In this document: positions 61,967-64,000 of the stretch, piece after piece
Numbering within the stretch: position 1 is the first letter of the stretch
Layout of the letters: each line of letters opens with the position of its first letter
DNA from: Ascidiella aspersa
Taxonomy: Eukaryota
Direction of reading: 5' to 3'
Assembly: GCA_963924565.1 (NCBI GenBank)
Contig: OZ004609.1
Location: forward strand, 23,374,001 to 23,438,000
DNA length: 64,000 nucleotides
The notes under the pieces: model-generated
Seen by the model: the letters and a program-made list of their open reading frames with translations, nothing else
The model's database searches: none
What the model was told of the DNA's origin: nothing
Translations under genes and position numbers: made by a program

Positions 61967-63024
61967 ATCTGCCTTACTCTGTGTTGATTGCGATGACTTC
62001 TTTGAAAAGTTGGTCGCTACTTGCTGGTTGAACTTTTAACTCTGTTTGATTTTGCAGCGCCGCTGTGCATTTATTCACAACCGTTTAAGCATAATTGCCC
62101 TGCTAGGGGGCAAATTGTAACGCATCACCTTAGCTTATTCCCTTCCTATCCAGCTGTGTGACCTACAAAGGCTCTCGCATTGTCCCCAAAGCCACAAAAT
62201 AGAACAATTTCTGTTGGCTTCCAACACAAAGAGATATTCATCGAGCTTGTGCCTTTATGCGTGCAAACGTCAAATTGTATTTCTGGCTCTCCAATCGAAC
62301 TTTTATTACATAAATAGCAGTAGTCAGCTAGGCAACAAGCGACCCACCATTTTTTGTTTATATTTCAAAAATTATGTTTGCCATGCAAGTGACATAAAAT
62401 ATGTTGCAAAAGCGTTTATCATTGTAAATTGAATTTCGGCCGCAGATCAATTATCACCTACCATAATCAATGGTTTAGTTTTTTAGTGGGTGACTAAATA
62501 AATCCCACCGAAAATAACAATTATATTTAAATGCTTTCTAGGACTGTTGTTTTCCGCAAACTGCTGTAAAAATCGTGTCGCCTATGCTTTCCTTTAGTTG
62601 CATTTTTTGTTTCTTTGTCGTACCGGAATTAATAGTAAAGCCGTTCCGATTTTAGGAAGTTTTGAGTTTCTTCAGTAGACTTACATTTTTATAGGTTTGT
62701 TAAACACCATTGCATTCTATATTATTTTAATACGTTCACCGTTTATAAAACAAACATTCCAACACACCTTATCGTTTTACATAATTACATTTGATATGCA
62801 TTCCGCTGTACAAACTCTTCTATGTGCTGTTTTCAAATACGTTGTAATTGATTACAAAACGCGCTCGTTATAAATATACATCGAAAAAATGTATATTTGC
62901 TTATAATTAATGGTCCTGCGATAAAGTTCTGTGAAATTTTTGTTCTGTACAGCATGCAACCGCCTTGTTTTGAAAATAAAAACTTAGTTGCAAACTGTTG
63001 TGTTTCAGTAGTGGTATTTGTGTA

Positions 63025-63031
<7 letters not shown>

Positions 63032-63073
<42 letters not shown>
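63032..63073. repeat. (AT)n microsatellite
   Basis: About 20 AT units; a shorter (AT)n lies at ~38054-38074. Confidence 0.95.
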
Positions 63074-63075
<2 letters not shown>

Positions 63076-64000
63076 AGGGGTGTATAAATGATTTCTGCTA
63101 TGATCCACCACAGCCAAACCGGACAACATGATGATCCACTAAATAAACATAGTAAATATGTAAACCAGTATTTAGATGGGTAAAACAGTCAACAAGAAAA
63201 GCCAAGTTACATAGATTGATACCGTGAAAATACTGTAAAAAGTTTTCTTTTAAGACTACAGGAACCGGATCGAGAACCGCTATTTGAACACCACCGATAT
63301 ATATTATTAAAAACATAACAATATATACTGTTATAAATTTAACATGATTTTAAAGACAAATTTATAAACTATTTTTAACTACCTTTATTTTAATAATGTG
63401 GTATATTTTAAAGGTCAAAGCAACTAAGACAACTTTAATCAAGACGAAAACTACGAAGTAACTTGTTTTGAGATTTTCTATTTTTGTCAAAAAATAAAAT
63501 ATAATTTTGTAACGATTTAGAAGATTATAAAATATATGCATCTTTTTAATCTCATTTCGGTGTTAATTTCTGCAGCATGTCTGTTAAGGGTCACATTTTA
63601 AATTAATTTTTGAAAATCAAACGTTAAACAAACAAAAAACAGATTATTGCTGTAGCGCATGGCTACTCAATTGGCGGACTGCGGTCCGAATGCGGACCTT
63701 TTCAGTGTTGTATCCGGACCTTATCTGTCTCAGTATTTACTAAGCAATGCGATTTGATGAGTTTTTTCTTGGCAAACAATTGCTGCTGTTCATTAAAAAA
63801 AAAACTTTCTAGTCACGTAGCCTACATTACAGAATTATCAGTGAGAGTTATAACGGACCTAAGCAAATTTTAAACTTTTGTAACTGGACCTTTGCTAAAA
63901 ATGGTTGAGTAGCCCGAGTAGCGAGTATGGCATAGATAGATGAACATCACAAATTGCCAATTAAACTAGATAGAGAAAATGGTGTTTTTGAAAACCATGA

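Overview
AT-rich, intron-containing animal genomic DNA. Many 55-100 nt introns, tightly packed same-strand gene pairs with splice acceptors just before the ATG, and mosaic CpG depletion suggest an ascidian/tunicate, but this is an inference. Eight protein-coding genes were reconstructed by hand. NOM1 -> METTL18 (+) and MRPL15 -> C7orf50/WKF-domain (-) form two convergent, operon-like pairs of ribosome-related genes. The others are a ~27-exon PCF11 (+), a 9-exon divergent actin-like gene (-), a Myb/SANT-like + polyQ + BESS-like gene (+) and an 8-exon divergent IRF (+). Many short TIR elements with 8-bp target-site duplications are scattered through the window. The strongest novelty candidate is the ~590-aa actin-like protein: its actin fold has lost the Mg2+/catalytic residues and is fused in frame to a ~210-aa low-complexity N-terminus starting MGCSAS, a predicted myristoyl/palmitoyl anchor. 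Next are the ribosome-themed operon pairs, the degenerate IRF with ISRE and kappaB motifs, and a candidate intron-1 polyadenylation site in PCF11. All gene models come from manual splice-site reading and remembered homologue motifs; no searches were run.
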